Source of the DNA: Raillietiella orientalis
Taxonomy: Eukaryota
Direction of reading: 5' to 3'
Length of the DNA: 64,000 nucleotides
Assembly (NCBI GenBank): GCA_036172245.1
Contig: JAYWIR010000013.1
Location: 1,426,001-1,490,000 of the forward strand
Shown: positions 1 to 14,300 of the stretch, in pieces
Position numbering within the stretch: position 1 is the stretch's first letter
How the letters are laid out: each line of letters starts with the position of its first letter
Notes under the pieces: model-generated
Told to the model about the DNA's origin: nothing
Database searches by the model: none
What the model saw: only the letters and a program-made list of their open reading frames with translations
Position numbers and translations under genes: made by a program

Positions 1-1945
1 TAATTCCGTTATTGAATGTTCTTGTTTTTCTTTTAAGAGATACAATTTCCTTTGTGCATCAGTATACACATTACTGAATATCGTGCATGCTTGTCTTCAG
101 TCTTCAAGCTCCACAAAAGAAAAACTTCTCCTTTCCCTCTTGTTATGATGAAGTTTCATGTAATTATTTGGTTAGAATTTCCATTTCATTAAACTAACGA
201 AATTTCCTGAGAATCGTAATCATGGTGTAAGTTCCATTAAGCAACTGCTGGTTATCCAGAAACTGATCATAAATACCTCAACCGCCAGAAAGTTTTGTAA
301 TAAAAAAAAAACTGGTGCATTTCTCTGCGTTCGATCGCTCTACTTAACGATAAATGCGTTTGATTATTTTAAAGCAAAATGCCAGTGCTTTTCCACTAGT
401 TGAGCGCAAGTTATGAAATCGAGTCGATAGCCATGATTTGTGGCTTGCCGAGCACGTGAAATGCTGTCAGCGGATCCACATGCTGATGACGTGATTGTTC
501 TTCACCATTGAATGTTCACTGAATCTGATAATTTAGCCTGATACCTAAGCTTAGTCCCGAGCATTGCATTGAGGTTGGCCTCTGATACTACACGTGGCAA
601 AACCAAAAACTCATACGAAATTGACGGAAATAAGCATTTAGTGGCAAACCCTTCCCTGAACTTCCTTTCAGTATAGCGACTTTCTGTGAGGATAATATGT
701 TGGTTCATTGGTATACATAGGAAACTCGAGCGAAGGATGGTTCATGACCAACTTGAAAACCAAAAGATTGCTTTTATTATTTGTAATTTTTTTTTTTGTT
801 TAAAAAAGGTGTCTTATCCTCAGTGGCACTGAATCAGTGCAAACTACTGCTCTAATAGATGTTTTTATGTTTTTACGCTATTTTCTCGCATGTCGCAGCC
901 TTATGTCAGCAGGATCTCACAAAAGAAAGGTACATATCTAAATGCTCGCACAACTGGGGACTCGGACTTCAGATTGCAATACCAATGGAGTGTTCCGAGC
1001 AAGCTGCGTGGATTTTATGCACCTTTGATAAATCAACTTTACACCTCATCTAGTCTACAACACTTAAACACCGTCACGGAAGGAGTTTGTGGGATTTGGC
1101 GTGTTTGTCCCTGTTATAGGAATGCATAATTCATTCTTTTCTGAAGGACTTATTCGCCCTGTAGGCACGGAATGCAAAAGGTGAAGAACAGTTACATTCC
1201 TATATTGTAACCACACCAGGAGTGGCTCGTAAATGAAATGATTAGGCAGGGGAATCGGCCTGGAACAAATACAACCCTGTGCATTTGAAACGTTTGGGTA
1301 TGATTACTGCATTTTCAAATTAATCGTTTGGTTTGAAATTAGAGAATTTGAGGACGGCACAATTTAGGGTTTGCCATTCTTCGGAGTTGCCGAGGGAATG
1401 AGCTGTATCCTGTAACCTTGTAAATGAGATCTTGATTGAGCAAGGTAAAAACCATTAGTTCCAATTTTGGGCATATCAGAATTAAAGATTCCATTTCCGG
1501 AGCGTGAACTGAGCTGCATGTTATGCATGCCATGTTAGATTGTGAGGATGAAACTGTGATTGTACCACTTTATTGTGATGTGGTTGTATCCAATAATTAA
1601 TATTTCTCTCTTTCTGTAAAAAAACGAGTCATCCCAGGGTGTGTTAAGAGTTCCATGTCCAAAAAAATAAACATTTAACAAAATCTTCTAAGCATCCTAA
1701 GAATCTATGTGATTTGACAGATATGGAAACAAACCTTGTTTTGTAAGATATGCATATAAAAGGGCTGCTGTATGATTCATACGACGTGTTCTGTGTCCAG
1801 GTGAACTGAACAACTAAAGATTTTATATATTATGTAAATACATCATTTGATGCCCAACAGAAACAATTTCAAAACATGGGCTTTCTGTGCATGTAACAAT
1901 GAAAACAGTGCAGAATTCTCTCAGTGAATTGAAAGTTTGAACAAA

Positions 1946-2443
1946 ATGACAAACTTTAATGAAAAGGCATCCATGGTTTTTATGGAACAAGCATTTGTTT
2001 TGGCAAAAGAAGCATTAGAATGCAAAGAAGTCCCTGTAGGTTGTGTGTTGGTTTACAATGGTGATATTTGGGGGCAAGGACGCAACAGAGTTAATGAAAC
2101 AAGAAATCCAACCAGCCATGCTGAATTAAATTGTCTCCATGAAACTTGGAACCATTGTATTAAAGAAAATATTGTTCCAACAGAAATATTGAAGGCATCT
2201 GTGCTTTATGTTACTGTAGAACCATGCCTTATGTGTTCTGCTGCATTGTTACAGCTTGAAATCCCTATCATTGTATATGGTTGTAGTAATGATAGGTTTG
2301 GAGGTTGTGGTTCAGTTTGGGATGCCCAGCATTGCTATCCAAATCAACAACAACAACGTATTAAAGGATTAATGGAAAAGGAAGCAATACATTTATTACA
2401 ACAATTTTATGTTGATGGAAATCCACATTTAATAAAGGAATAA
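1946..2443 (+). CDS. ADAT2: tRNA-specific adenosine deaminase 2 (catalytic subunit of the A34-to-I tRNA editing enzyme); intronless CDS
   Basis: 165-aa ORF from the ATG at 1946 (the track ORF starts at a TTG at 1937). It has the EVPVGC, HAE and EPCLMC zinc-deaminase motifs and the ADAT2-typical NDRFGGCGSV. A candidate 5'UTR intron lies at 1801-1924. Confidence 0.9.
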   Translation: MTNFNEKASMVFMEQAFVLAKEALECKEVPVGCVLVYNGDIWGQGRNRVNETRNPTSHAELNCLHETWNHCIKENIVPTEILKASVLYVTVEPCLMCSAALLQLEIPIIVYGCSNDRFGGCGSVWDAQHCYPNQQQQRIKGLMEKEAIHLLQQFYVDGNPHLIKE

Positions 2444-3120
2444 ATCTTCTTAGCAGTGTGATTTTGTGATTAGAGTAAGAAAGCAGGTATGCAACTTACC
2501 TAATCCGGAAGTTTAGATAACAATAGGCAGTGAAACAAACAAATGAACTCAACACAGGTGTCCATAAATATCATGAATGTCTGTTCTGGGTTTTTGAGGG
2601 CTTAATAGGTGGGTAATTTTCTTTCAAAACTTCAAAGCTCATCTAAGAGTCGACAGTTGTATTCTTATCCATAGTAGTGTTCCATGTCAATTCCTAGTTT
2701 GCACGTTTTTTAACCATAGTAATCTAAATTTTGCATACGGGCGTAATTTACCCTACAAGTCAATAAATGAAAACGGAATAACCTTTATAAACAGAGCTTT
2801 CCTTACAAAGAAAGAAACATCAAATATCCCACATATTGGGCAGTTTATGATTATTTATTTATCCTGTACTTTTATTGTTCTTTTAAATTCTGAGAGCAAA
2901 TATGGATCATAAAAGAGTAGAGTTTTGCAGAAAACTTGTGAATCAAAAGTAACATTGTTTTAAAAAAGCATTTTTCACGTGTACTTAATTCAAAATAATC
3001 AATGCAAACACTTGATACTGCACTTAACACTTTCTTGCAGAAAAATTTGGTTGTATTTTTGTAATTACATTTGAAATATCACATGAGATGAGGGGAAAAA
3101 AAGAAAAAACAAATGTGAAG

Positions 3121-4425
3121 TTAGGTTTTATTCACAAAGATGGGCAATTTTCGCAGATAATATTTCACAGTGTCATTAGTGCTAAAACTAATACCAACTG
3201 CAATAGGGCCTTTAATCCAATTCATGCTTAGGCCTTTATACAATCCTCGAACAATTCCTTCTGTTTTATATACTTGCCATGCAGTGGCATGCAAAGAACG
3301 ATATAAATACTTTTTGTCTGTAACTAAAGCTGTTTGCATACGTCTTCTTACAATGTCCAAAGGATAGGAAACTGTTTGTCCCATAAGACCAGCTAGTGCA
3401 CCACACACCATTTTTTCAAATGGATTGGTTCTTTTCAGTGTATATGCTTTAAAATGAATAAAAAATGACACTCCTACTAAAGACCCAGTTTTACACTCAC
3501 AGCTATATAAAGTTGTAGTAAATTCATAGACTGTAAAACTGACTCCAGCATAAGGAATAACACCAAGAATTGTAGGGAGATATCCTTTATACAAATAGTG
3601 AATCCCATGAATTTTTGCAATATACATTAGCATCTACTCAGTGCATACTTTCATGAAAAATCAATGATCAACACTTCCTAGCAAATGTACCTGAAAAAGA
3701 GAAGCATGCTGTTTTTTTGGAGTGACTGCCATACAAGCTCTTGCTAGATCCAGTGGATATGTACATGTCTGTGCAGTTATCCCAGCCAAGGAACCAGCGA
3801 GAAATCTCCTCATGCTGAGTAGCAATATCACAAAGAAATGATTTTCAACTTTTAATACTGACTGACTGCCAGAAAATTCCACTTGGAGTAATACCTTCCA
3901 TTGTTCATGAGAACAAAACTGAACAGCTGCAAAAGGCATGATGCGGGCCATGGTGGCAGAATTTCCTCTCCACAGACTCAAGAATCCAGAAGTTTTATGA
4001 GAGTGAATGATGAAATGAATTGCTTTCGAAAATGTATAGTTAGAACTAGAAATCTTAATCTCAAAATCAGGAGAATTCAACACTAACTAAGCAAAATGTG
4101 ATATCTACCTGGAAGTTTATTTTTGTACGATCTAGGGGTGCAATAACTGTTTTAGCTAATGCACCTGCTAGAGCTCCTGCAACTAAACTTGTAATGATTT
4201 TAGTTCTATTGGGTATTTCTTCCTATAATCCAAAAGGTAGAAAAAAAATAAATAATAACATCCTTTCCTTTCAGCAAACAAATTTAAATTATCGATGATT
4301 ACAAAAGATTACAGCATTATGCCCATTATTACATACATACGTTATTTTTTCTACAACACAAAACATTAAAAAGACAATACATCAACCATTACGAAAACCC
4401 AACAAACTTGAACTTTACATACCAT
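3121..4425 (-). CDS. SLC25A42: Mitochondrial carrier, coenzyme A transporter SLC25A42-like
   Basis: Exons 4425-4423, 4222-4109, 4053-3863, 3814-3691, 3633-3501 and 3446-3121 join through GT-AG introns to 891 nt (296 aa). Three Px[DE]xx[KR] carrier repeats are present (APLDRTK, YPLDLAR, YPLDIVR), plus [11 protein letters not shown] and [17 protein letters not shown]. The first exon is the least certain. Confidence 0.88.
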
Positions 4426-7400
4426 CTGTGGAAAAGAAACGCATATTTCAAATCAAATTTCTTGACATTTCCGTTCTGCATATGCTAATGCAAAAGCTTA
4501 AAACAGACATGGTTTTGTATATGGCTCCTTCGGATGTGATAATCTGCTGCACATCTAACTGAAAATTCGAATATTCAGAGCAGAAAGGCAGTATTGCTTT
4601 TGGCAACACATTAAGCTTTTCAACTCCAATTAAAGGTGAATCAAATGGAATCACTGCTTATAACCAGATAGTCAGAAATCTGTTTGAAAATTTATCTTAC
4701 ATCAGCATAAAACGAGATTATGGTACGTTATATCAATAAATGTCAGTAAGTCAAGTCTTTCGCCATATCTTGTAAGGAACTTCTGATGACAAATGTGAAT
4801 TTCTCCCTGTTCTATCACAGTCGTGGGGTGGCTTCCAAAATCTGCTAGACAGAACTGCACGAATCATTTCCTGGGTGCCATTTCACATGCTCAATTTGCA
4901 AACTGAATGCAAACGCGCAAAAGTTTTTTTAGACACATTTAGGCAATACGGTGGATGCAGTGCGAGAACAAAATCACTGCTACCAAAAAAAAAAAGGTTC
5001 GACTTCAATAAGAGTGCTCAAAACATAGCCAAAAAAACCTCAAGTTCCTAATGGTTTAACCATTCAATTGGAACAAAAAAACATTCACAAGTGCTAGATT
5101 TGAACTTGTAAAACAGTACAATCAATCAGGCAAATGGAGGATGTGTCAACTCTTCTGCTGTGATCCTTTAAACATATTCTGTACTAGAACGCACTGAAGA
5201 GTAAAACACTTACGAATTGAAGTATAACATTCATCCTATTATTGCGTAGCATAATGCATAAAACTTAAACACCAACAACATTACGTTAGTCAAATTGATT
5301 AAAACGTACACACGAAAAACAATGCATTTTCACAAACATAACCGGTCACATCCGTACACGAATCTACGTACAAATCAACAACGGATTGTAGAAGATCGAT
5401 AGCTTACCAAAATTAACTTACTAGCACTTGTTTGTTATTCAACAGTCCACAGCAACCAATTAAGAAAATTCCAAGTAAATTGTGAAATTTACACTTATTA
5501 AAAAAAAACGGATTTTTGTATTTCAAATAATGAATATGTGAGCTTAACTACATATCAGTATTCGACATGTAGCTACTTACATAAATGTACTAATTGCATG
5601 TGTACATATTAGTTTAAATGGATTATGTTTCATTGGGTCAAATGCAGATTCATACACGTTTATCATACATTTATCGTTTATTTAGATCCACATCCACCAT
5701 TTGAAGAACAATTATATATGTAGATCTTACACATTTGACTAAAGTCTGTATGGATGCTTATTCTACAGTACTCATCTATTCCAGTTTTATTAAAGTAAAA
5801 GGGATAACACTAATCTGATAAGATGTCTGAACACAAACTTTGATTCCTAGCTCCAGGAGATGGAGGTGGAAATTTGTTTTCTTGAGGCTTCAAACTTATA
5901 AAAACTTGTTTTGTTTCGTCAAGCGTAGACGAATCATTACATTAAATGTTTTTGTAACAAAGAAACATATTCCCAAATTGGATGAAGCAGCATTTCTTAA
6001 AAGGGGACGAAAATGACCTCTTCGTGACAAACGAGTTTAGAGTCATTTATATAAAAAGATTCAAGTTCTACCAATTTGAATGCCATCTTAACGACACTTG
6101 AATCGACGAATCATATAAAAGTGTTTTAGTGATGGTCAGTAGCACTTTGAAGTTGTAAAATGATATTCATCAGTATCAGTAAAATAGTTTTTCCACTAGT
6201 AAGTTTCTTTTAAGGAGACAAGTATGTTTCAAAAACTTGATTTAATGTTTCAATGATAATGAAATAATAAGAAATGCTTAAATGAAGTGTATAAATGTAT
6301 CAATACTGTGGAACATCGAACGATTAAAAGCTCTTAAGCGAAAATAGAGCTGCAAAGAAAAAACTGAAAACCAACCAGCGGTCTTGGAAAGTTCCTACAT
6401 CCAGCGTGCTCCGCATCCGACATTATCAACAGTCATCACATAATCCTGTAGTCTGTTGAGTTATGTAATCTTTTATTTCAATTTTAATCTAAAAGAGTAT
6501 TTTTTCTTTGTGTAGTACAAAGAATCAGTCTAGTGCAAATAAGAATCAACAATGGGAATTAAGAAGGGCTTATAGAGTGCTTCATCATAAGTGAAAGACT
6601 AGTCGTAGGAATAAGTAGGGAAGCATTAATGACAATAAAATTTAAATCATGAAAAATTTCCTTGAAAACCAATTGTGCTTTGTCTTAGTTTTAATTTATC
6701 GAACCCATAGATTCCGTCATTCTGAAACAAGCAAATAGTCCAATTTTTTCTCACAATATGGGAAATGTTCTCGACATGATGTTGTGCATGATGTTCTCGT
6801 GGAATTATTTCTATGATCACTGAAAGTGCAATTTTTAAGAGAGACTTGTTTATCTCGGAGCTTAGGACAGGCACAGCAGGACTAGGCATCCCTAAGGGAT
6901 TGAAAGTGTACCAGACCGGAACTTGTAATAGGATCGGTGTTAAAACCGTGATTGGCCATTCTCTTTTATGTTTAAAGATCACCTTTTTTAAGGGAAGGAT
7001 AGTTCTGAAAATATGCTTCCCCTAGAAACTTTGCATCTCTTAGAAAGTTGTAGGTATCATCAAGATTAGAGGCTTATTCGATTAGAAGTAGAAGCAGTCA
7101 GTGCTCAACGGTGCCATTTAATTCAAGTTCAGATGATGGATTTTATCATCTAGTTGAAATATTAATTCAGTTTCCAGACTCTTTAATACAAGAACTCTTC
7201 GAATTATAAAATCGCATATTTTAGAGTTGTTTCTTGTTTCAGAATTCAGCATTTACTATCGCAAGGAATGGTTTTCTGTCTTTCACTTTCTAAACTTGAA
7301 AATTCATTTACGTTCCGTATGTACTAAATCAATTCTGTTCTTGAAACTACAATCCCGCTTTGAAAAATTTTCTGTAAGTTGACCTCTTGTGCCGCTTCAT

Positions 7401-9649
7401 TCTTAGCGATCAGTTTATGGATTGCAGATTCAAATTTCGTCTTATTGGTTCATTCCTCTTTTGAAAATATTAGGAGCAAATGAAACACGAAAATTGCATT
7501 TGTGGCAAACCTTTTGGTTTCACGTAGAGAGCCCTGATGTCTAATGAAATAGTGATGCTTTCGAGAACTGTTCATGAATCATCATTCAAAATAAAAATTA
7601 TAACATCTGTTCATTGGCAAATTAAAATCCATTTGCTATACAGGTTGGCTGCTGTCACCGGAGCCGAAAATTTGAGTAAGAATAATCAATAAACGATGGA
7701 AGCAAGTCAGTATGCTGACTTGTAATTGCCTCAGGTCAATACAAAGGGAACCAGCAATGAAGTGCGACATTGCGAAACACAAAAGCAAAAGATTACGCGA
7801 TCGGGGAGAGGAGAAAGAAAAAAACAAGAAACATGAGTTTATCCTTGAAGCAGCCACGATTGTGCATTGGGTTTGCAAACACCACAAAAGTATATTTAGC
7901 AGCAGAACCAGTATTGCAGTCTTGAAATTTTTTCATCTTGTGCCAGCCACTCCTATCCATTAGCCATTACGGAAACGAGCTAGAGGAATTGTGAAATTTC
8001 CACGGAACAGCGAGCTTGCTCATGGATGCTGCTGCAATTCAGTTTCCAGAATAGCGCGCTACGCGATTTCTGGCTCCAGTCTGTCACTCAGCTGACCTTG
8101 ATCACGGGGAGGTAGGTAGACGAAAGCAAAAACCTTTCCGATGCTCTCTGAGATCGTCATTCACAAAACTGGGCATTGGGAACCGTTGAAAGATGATAAG
8201 CCAGCAGTACGGCATGAACTTGGAACCATCCAAAAAGAAAAAGCATCGGTGACAACTGAAGTTCAAATATCCGAGCATTAAAATGTGGAAGAGGAAAACT
8301 AAACCAGATAAAGTATTGATGCACTTTTCTGCGATTATTCAAGGCAATTTTTAAGAAAATTCTTTCCAGGGAAGCCTTTGTTTTTGAGCATAGGCTCCTG
8401 AGAAAATCAAAATAACATTCAAAATTGGACAAGGAAATTATATTTTCGGTACTAACTGAAGACCATCAAATAGAACATGAGACCAAAAACATACAGAAAA
8501 AAATGGCCTTTATGGGGGCTGATCCTCTTGTTTAAGAGATCTGGAATATACACAATAATTGTCGAAGATCGCTTCTGAATGTCCGCTTCACTAATGCAGA
8601 AGTCATATGAAGCACGAGAGATTGCTGACGAGATTTCATTGCAACATGTTCTGGTTTCTTTCCTTTCTGAATTCCAGAGCAATTCTTTCCTTCTAGTAGG
8701 ATAGAGAATATTCTGTGGTACTGAACGAAAATTGTTCTCTCTATACATGCTGCCATGGTACTTTACCAGCACAGTATTATCTTCTCAGCTACTGTATTAA
8801 AACTTCTGAGATACTGCCGAAGAGAAGATAAAGACCTAAATGTCTGTAAAAATAAAATAAAAAAAAAATCCTGAGAGTGAGCAAAGACCAAGGAAATGAA
8901 ATTAGACAAAAAGGTGCTATGAAGCTACAAGTAGATGAAATATGCACCGTTGCATCAATCTTTAAAACAAGCGATGAGAACTTTGACTGCAGCGAACAAT
9001 ACAGTCAAGTACAAGGTCACCAGTAATTTACTTTTTTTCCCCGAAAAAATAGTGCTGTGAGCCGGCATGATATGGGATTCTGCTATTTCTCCCAATCCTT
9101 AAATTCCTTTGCTTTCCTTCCGCTCCGTCCGCTTGTTTATTGTTTGCCATTTCAGCAACCAGGAAATGAAAGTCTTTGAGATGAAAATTATACTTTTTTT
9201 AAGAATGCATGTAATCCTAGTAATTCCATCGGTGATGTTACGATCCAATGGGAAGGTTTTACTATAATTAGTGGAAACAAGTTGACCAGTGAACCATAAA
9301 GGGCCAGAGGAACAGGATTGGTCTTTACGAAGGGTATTTGGTTAGTGTTATGAAGTCAGTTGGTCTGCATCATAAGAAACCGATCAGCATTTACCAATCG
9401 TCCACCACAGCAGTCTCAAGAACTTGTAGCCCATGTCGACAAGATCAAAGTATACTCCTGTATATAGTGCTAGGCAACTTCCTTAACCGTCGCCTACATT
9501 AACTGGGGGATTTATGAGGACAAAGACTTATTAATTCGGTAAGAGGTTGTTTCGCTTTCAGATTTTTCGGAAATGGAAACCGGATACCCTTCCAAAGTTA
9601 AATACATAGATACATCCGTGCACCTCCATACCACTGGTGAAAAGACCGG

Positions 9650-11300
9650 ATGTCCTATTCGATTTCGGTGATTAAGAAAACGATTTTACAACAAAGTCTC
9701 TGCCGTCACTGCACAAAATGAACCCTACCTCTGCTGAAGAAGGGATGGAAATGAAGTTGTGTCAACTTGTAAGATCCGCTCGATGCCATAGAGTTAGTTG
9801 GAAGAGTCCGGTTCGAGCACGGCAAATATCCCCCCTCCCTTCCTCTAAAATGCAGTGGTTTCCATGCAAGACGACGGTGCCACCACTCGAAAGAACATCT
9901 AAGGAACGCGCACGATTCTGTAGTGGACTGGCTCAGGGAACACATGCGTGGGGAACACACGCGGATCATAGGGAACTCTTGTCCTTTCTGTCGCATTACT
10001 CCTCATGCAAACTACCGAGTTCACTGTAACTAGAATGACGCGGATGCTCCCCGAACATTAGAAGGGTGATGACCTCTTCTTATGAACTCACAAAGGGCAG
10101 CCAGGAACATGTTTGAGGACACTGCACACATCCACATCCTCCGGCTCCTGCTTAAAAAAAAAAAAAAAAAAAAAAAAGGAATTCTATTCGAAATGTTGTG
10201 CTCAACTTAACGATTTCTGCCTTCCAGTGTACAAGGCTATGCATGCGAGCAAAGGCTGGGTGCTATTTCATATTTTGGTTTCGTGCAGACCGATGCAAGA
10301 ACAGTCAAGACGACTGTTGAACCAGAATACTTTCTCATGGAAAGAGGCACAGCAAGCACATCCTTTGGAGAGTGGATGTTCGGATTCCTCAGTCCAGATT
10401 ACGGGTTGATGAGGAGATCGGAGAGAGCATTCTTGTTAAATAGAAGAGTGCTCCCACTTACGAGTTTTTTTTCAATTCGGGCACTCCGTCTAGAACGATG
10501 GATGTTGGGTTGATGAGAATGCCGTCCATAGTGGACTCGCTACACTTATCACTACTCTGCATTCGCAGTCCCTCTTGACGACGAAGCAGATGCAAGATTC
10601 CATACCTCCTTGCAATCATTGTGAAACCAAAGTCTCTCTGGTCGCTGGCTAAGAGGATGAGGAAGACTGGACAAGAGATGGATGCATGGACTATGCCCAA
10701 CAGAGCATTAACTGTAGCATCTCAGTAGAGAGCAGATTTATCCAAACCATAGGAGAAATGAGCTGGCATCTGCTTAGGTTGAATGATTTGTGAGTTTCGA
10801 AGACGATCCATGAGCAGAGCATGCTATGCGGATCCATGGATCAATCTCAACATTACCACAAAATACAGGTGCACCGAGAAGTAACGTTTCTTCGAGAGGA
10901 GCACCTTTTTTCAGTTCCTTCTGAAGTTGAAAAAAGGTCCCCCTCTTGGAGGAAGATCCCTGCTCGGTGCATCCGTGCTTCTGAAAGGAATGCTTTTTTC
11001 TTCTTCTTCTTTCGTCTTCGAGAGCGATAGCCGGATTGCAGCACAGAGCCAAACAAGAGTGATCGAGGCGACTGAAGAGCGGATAGAACACTGAAGCGCA
11101 CTCGCTAAGTGGAATGCCCTCGCGTGATTCCTTGTTGAAAACGGGAGAACGACACGGCGAGCGCCTCACGTGAGCTTGTGAGCCAGGCGTTCAAGGTAGA
11201 AATTCAATTCCTCACATTTCTGGCCAAATATCATTTTCCTATAACCCAAGCCGAACTTGATCCTCGGCGTTTCCTCAGATACCAAAACAAAGATCAAGGA
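9650..11300 (-). mobile_element. Heavily decayed non-LTR retrotransposon relic (RT plus C-terminal region, possibly R2-like/RLE type)
   Basis: Frameshifted minus-strand peptide remnants occur in the expected RT order: GSSSA..LNAWL, PVFNK, YPLFSRL, F..HGC.E, ISPMVW, LHLL..QEGL..GILINP, then NRTLPTN..HF. No intact YADD/FADD was seen and the boundaries are approximate. Confidence 0.45.
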
Positions 11301-14300
11301 GTTCCACTTGGTATTTGGAATAGGTCGAAAGTTGAAGATTGAGTTTCAGAATGGGAATACGAGTAGAGGAACAACGAATATTTGCTCGTTTTTTGGCATG
11401 AGAGATGGCCTTGAGTGAGATGAGACCAGAGACTATCTGGAAATATGAGGTTCAGAAAAGCAGTCCACTTAGCATCGCCTTCCCAAACTTTCGGGAACTC
11501 AACCCGGAAACGTGAACTATCCGAGGAACGTACGTAGGAATAGATTGAAGCGGACCCACTTTTTTTTTCCTTTTCTCATCGTGATCTTTGTCCATAACGC
11601 GCAACTCCATGTTTTAAAGAAGCTCACTCATTTTTTGTTTGAAGAAGGCATTCGGTCCCAGCACAAGCACCCAAAGCAGTCTCCGAAGGCTTTTTTTTTT
11701 GTTCAGGATGTAGCCATTCTGGAATGAGTTCTCTGGAATGTCCCCCTCCCTACTTGAAACTCTGAAGACGTTCCTCATGTATTCTGAAACATCCTATTCA
11801 ATTTCGTGAGCTCAGAAAGCGAACTTGCCCTTTTCTAAACATGTGCTCCTCCCTACCCACCTTAATCACACACCTTCCTCATGAAGCACACCTCAACGTC
11901 AAAATTCTTGAACTGCTAATGCCCTCCGCATTTGTTTTGAATTGCATTCCATGGAATTCCCTAAGATTCGTTATCCAATCATCTCAGGGCTTGTAAGCAT
12001 GGGAGATTCACGGACACCGTGCACACCACGAAACTCGTTTCTTCATCAGTCCCGAATGGGAAGTAAATACGTCTCTTACTGCTTTCGGAGATTCACAACT
12101 CGCAACTGGTAGCTGAGCTCTCATCAGCATACAACTGGAGTCTTTGTAATGGCACTAAATAGGTCCGTGTTCCTGTGCTCGGTTTCCACATTCCCAGAGC
12201 GTTAACGTAGTCTACCATAGATCGCCATAACAGTATCCTCCTATTTTCTGAATTATGAAGAGCTTCTTTGGGAAAGTATTTTCGCCGCAAGCAACGGTTG
12301 TTCACTTGCACAGCCTCTTAGTTGAAGCGGAAGAAGCATTTGGAATGAGTTCTCTACTGTATCATAAGACGGATGAATTGCAATCTCCGAAATAGAGGCG
12401 GGAAAAATGAGACTTCCATATTCCTGGACAGCCAGTTGGCACCTTCAAGGTTAAATTCACATGCACATCTCCTATGGTTTTGATATATCTTTTGGCACTT
12501 TAAAATACTTCTCAAGAAAGTGAGCACTAAGGTTGATGGAGTCTGGAGAGAGAAAAGGCAACGGTCGCGGCAAGGGGAGCTTGCTGCGTTGAAGCATGCT
12601 ATAATACCACCTCCTAAATTTAGGAGCAGATACTTGAAAGCTGTTAAAAATGTTGAGGATTCAATTCAAAGATCCTCATGAAAGACGGTCCATTTTTGAC
12701 CAATTTCGTAATCAGCAGCAATGTCTCTGAAAACAGAAACGATTGGCGAGAGTTTTCATAAAATCGGACGAGATGTTTTAAAAAGGGAAACAAACTCTTT
12801 TCAAGTGAACTGATGTAGAAAATCCACATTTTTAAAAAGTTGTGCCTACTTTTATTGCATCTCACTGTCCATGACTTCAGCAATAATTACAAGAAAGTCC
12901 TACTCTGGAAATGAGAAAATTTACTAAAAAAGCGATGGAAGAGAAGGAAAGAAGAAAGAGAAAAGATAGAGAAAGAAACCAAGGATGGCCAATTTAGCAT
13001 CTTTTGTTGCAAAACACCTCATTATTAATCAGAGTATAACTCAGCCGAAGTGATTATCATGGTCTAATGTAGTACTACTGCGAAGTTAACGTGCTCACTG
13101 TAATGAAAAAATGAAAAAGATCAGATAAAACTGAGGCCTAAAAATAATTCGCAAGAGAAGAGGACACGATAATGAGTGCATAATCACTCTTCGATTTGAC
13201 TATATCATTTTATATAGAGAAACTCGAGTTTTTTGTCTAAAATTAAGAAACACGTAATTTACGGAAACCTTCCTTTTTATTATAGAATAAGACTTACATG
13301 CAAACTGCGTGCTACAAGATATATATTGAATTCTGTAGCATGATGGTGTCTCAGAATAGCAGGAACATATGCCAGCAGTACCAAATGATGAGAACAGGGA
13401 GAGTAACACTGATTTTGGTATTTTTCCAAGACGGAAGAAACAACAGTTAGTTAATTTAGACAAATATTTCTTCACATGTTCTAACTTTTTAACTATGAAA
13501 ACAAAGTTTCCTCATTCCTCAGTGAGGAACAGTTCCTTACATACATGGCTACAATTATTTTTCTGTATCGTAGTGAAGGTAGTCTTGAATTTTCAGTCAC
13601 TAATGAATGCAAAATCGTATATTTATTTCTTCTGGCATGCAAACACTTGGAGGAAGCAACTTCAAGCGTGTTCGATTCAACTACAAGATGATTGAAGAAG
13701 ACGGATACAAAAGCTCCGTTTCCATAGTTACTGGATGCTTTTTGCATCCCAGTATGGCTTTAATCTGATATTACAGATAAAATTCCTTTCAGGAATTAAG
13801 CACTTTTTCTCTTGTTTGTTGAGTCTCAACTTTCATGAACACCCACAGAGTTTATCCTAACATTCCATGCTTACATACATTCTCTTTTGAATGATTGTTT
13901 TTTTTGCTCTCTCCCCATTTCTTATCTTTCCTTGTTTCAGCAGATGATAATGCTGATTATGTTCGAACTTTGATTTCGTATTTTGGACACGCATTCCATT
14001 TTTTTATCAGTGATCTCAGTTCACACAATTATGCAGTCAACTTCGAAGACACTCCGTATCTGATGCAAAGAATAATGAGGTAATCTGCTGAATAACTTAA
14101 AATTGTTTATCTAAACGAACTTTTTAGTGTCATTTAAATCTTAGTAGAGTAAGGAATAATCAGGAAACAGATGATGTTTCGTAGGAAAACTTCGTTCATT
14201 TATTTCGAGACTATTAACTTGAAGTTGGATAGATACACATATCTGGGTGTTAACCTACCGAACTTAGGGTTTAAGCTTGTCCTTTTGCAATGTGCTTCAT

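Noticed and set aside
400..1560. Short ORFs at the window start
   Set aside because: No recognisable motifs or consistent exon chain.
5800..7500. Possible LINE ORF1/endonuclease remnants on the minus strand
   Set aside because: Motif fragments (SDH, LDYLLVS) are in the wrong order and too degenerate to support a call.
9805..9825. GGTTCGA T-loop-like motif (also near 4995 and 30100)
   Set aside because: No T-stem pairing or cloverleaf, so not a tRNA.
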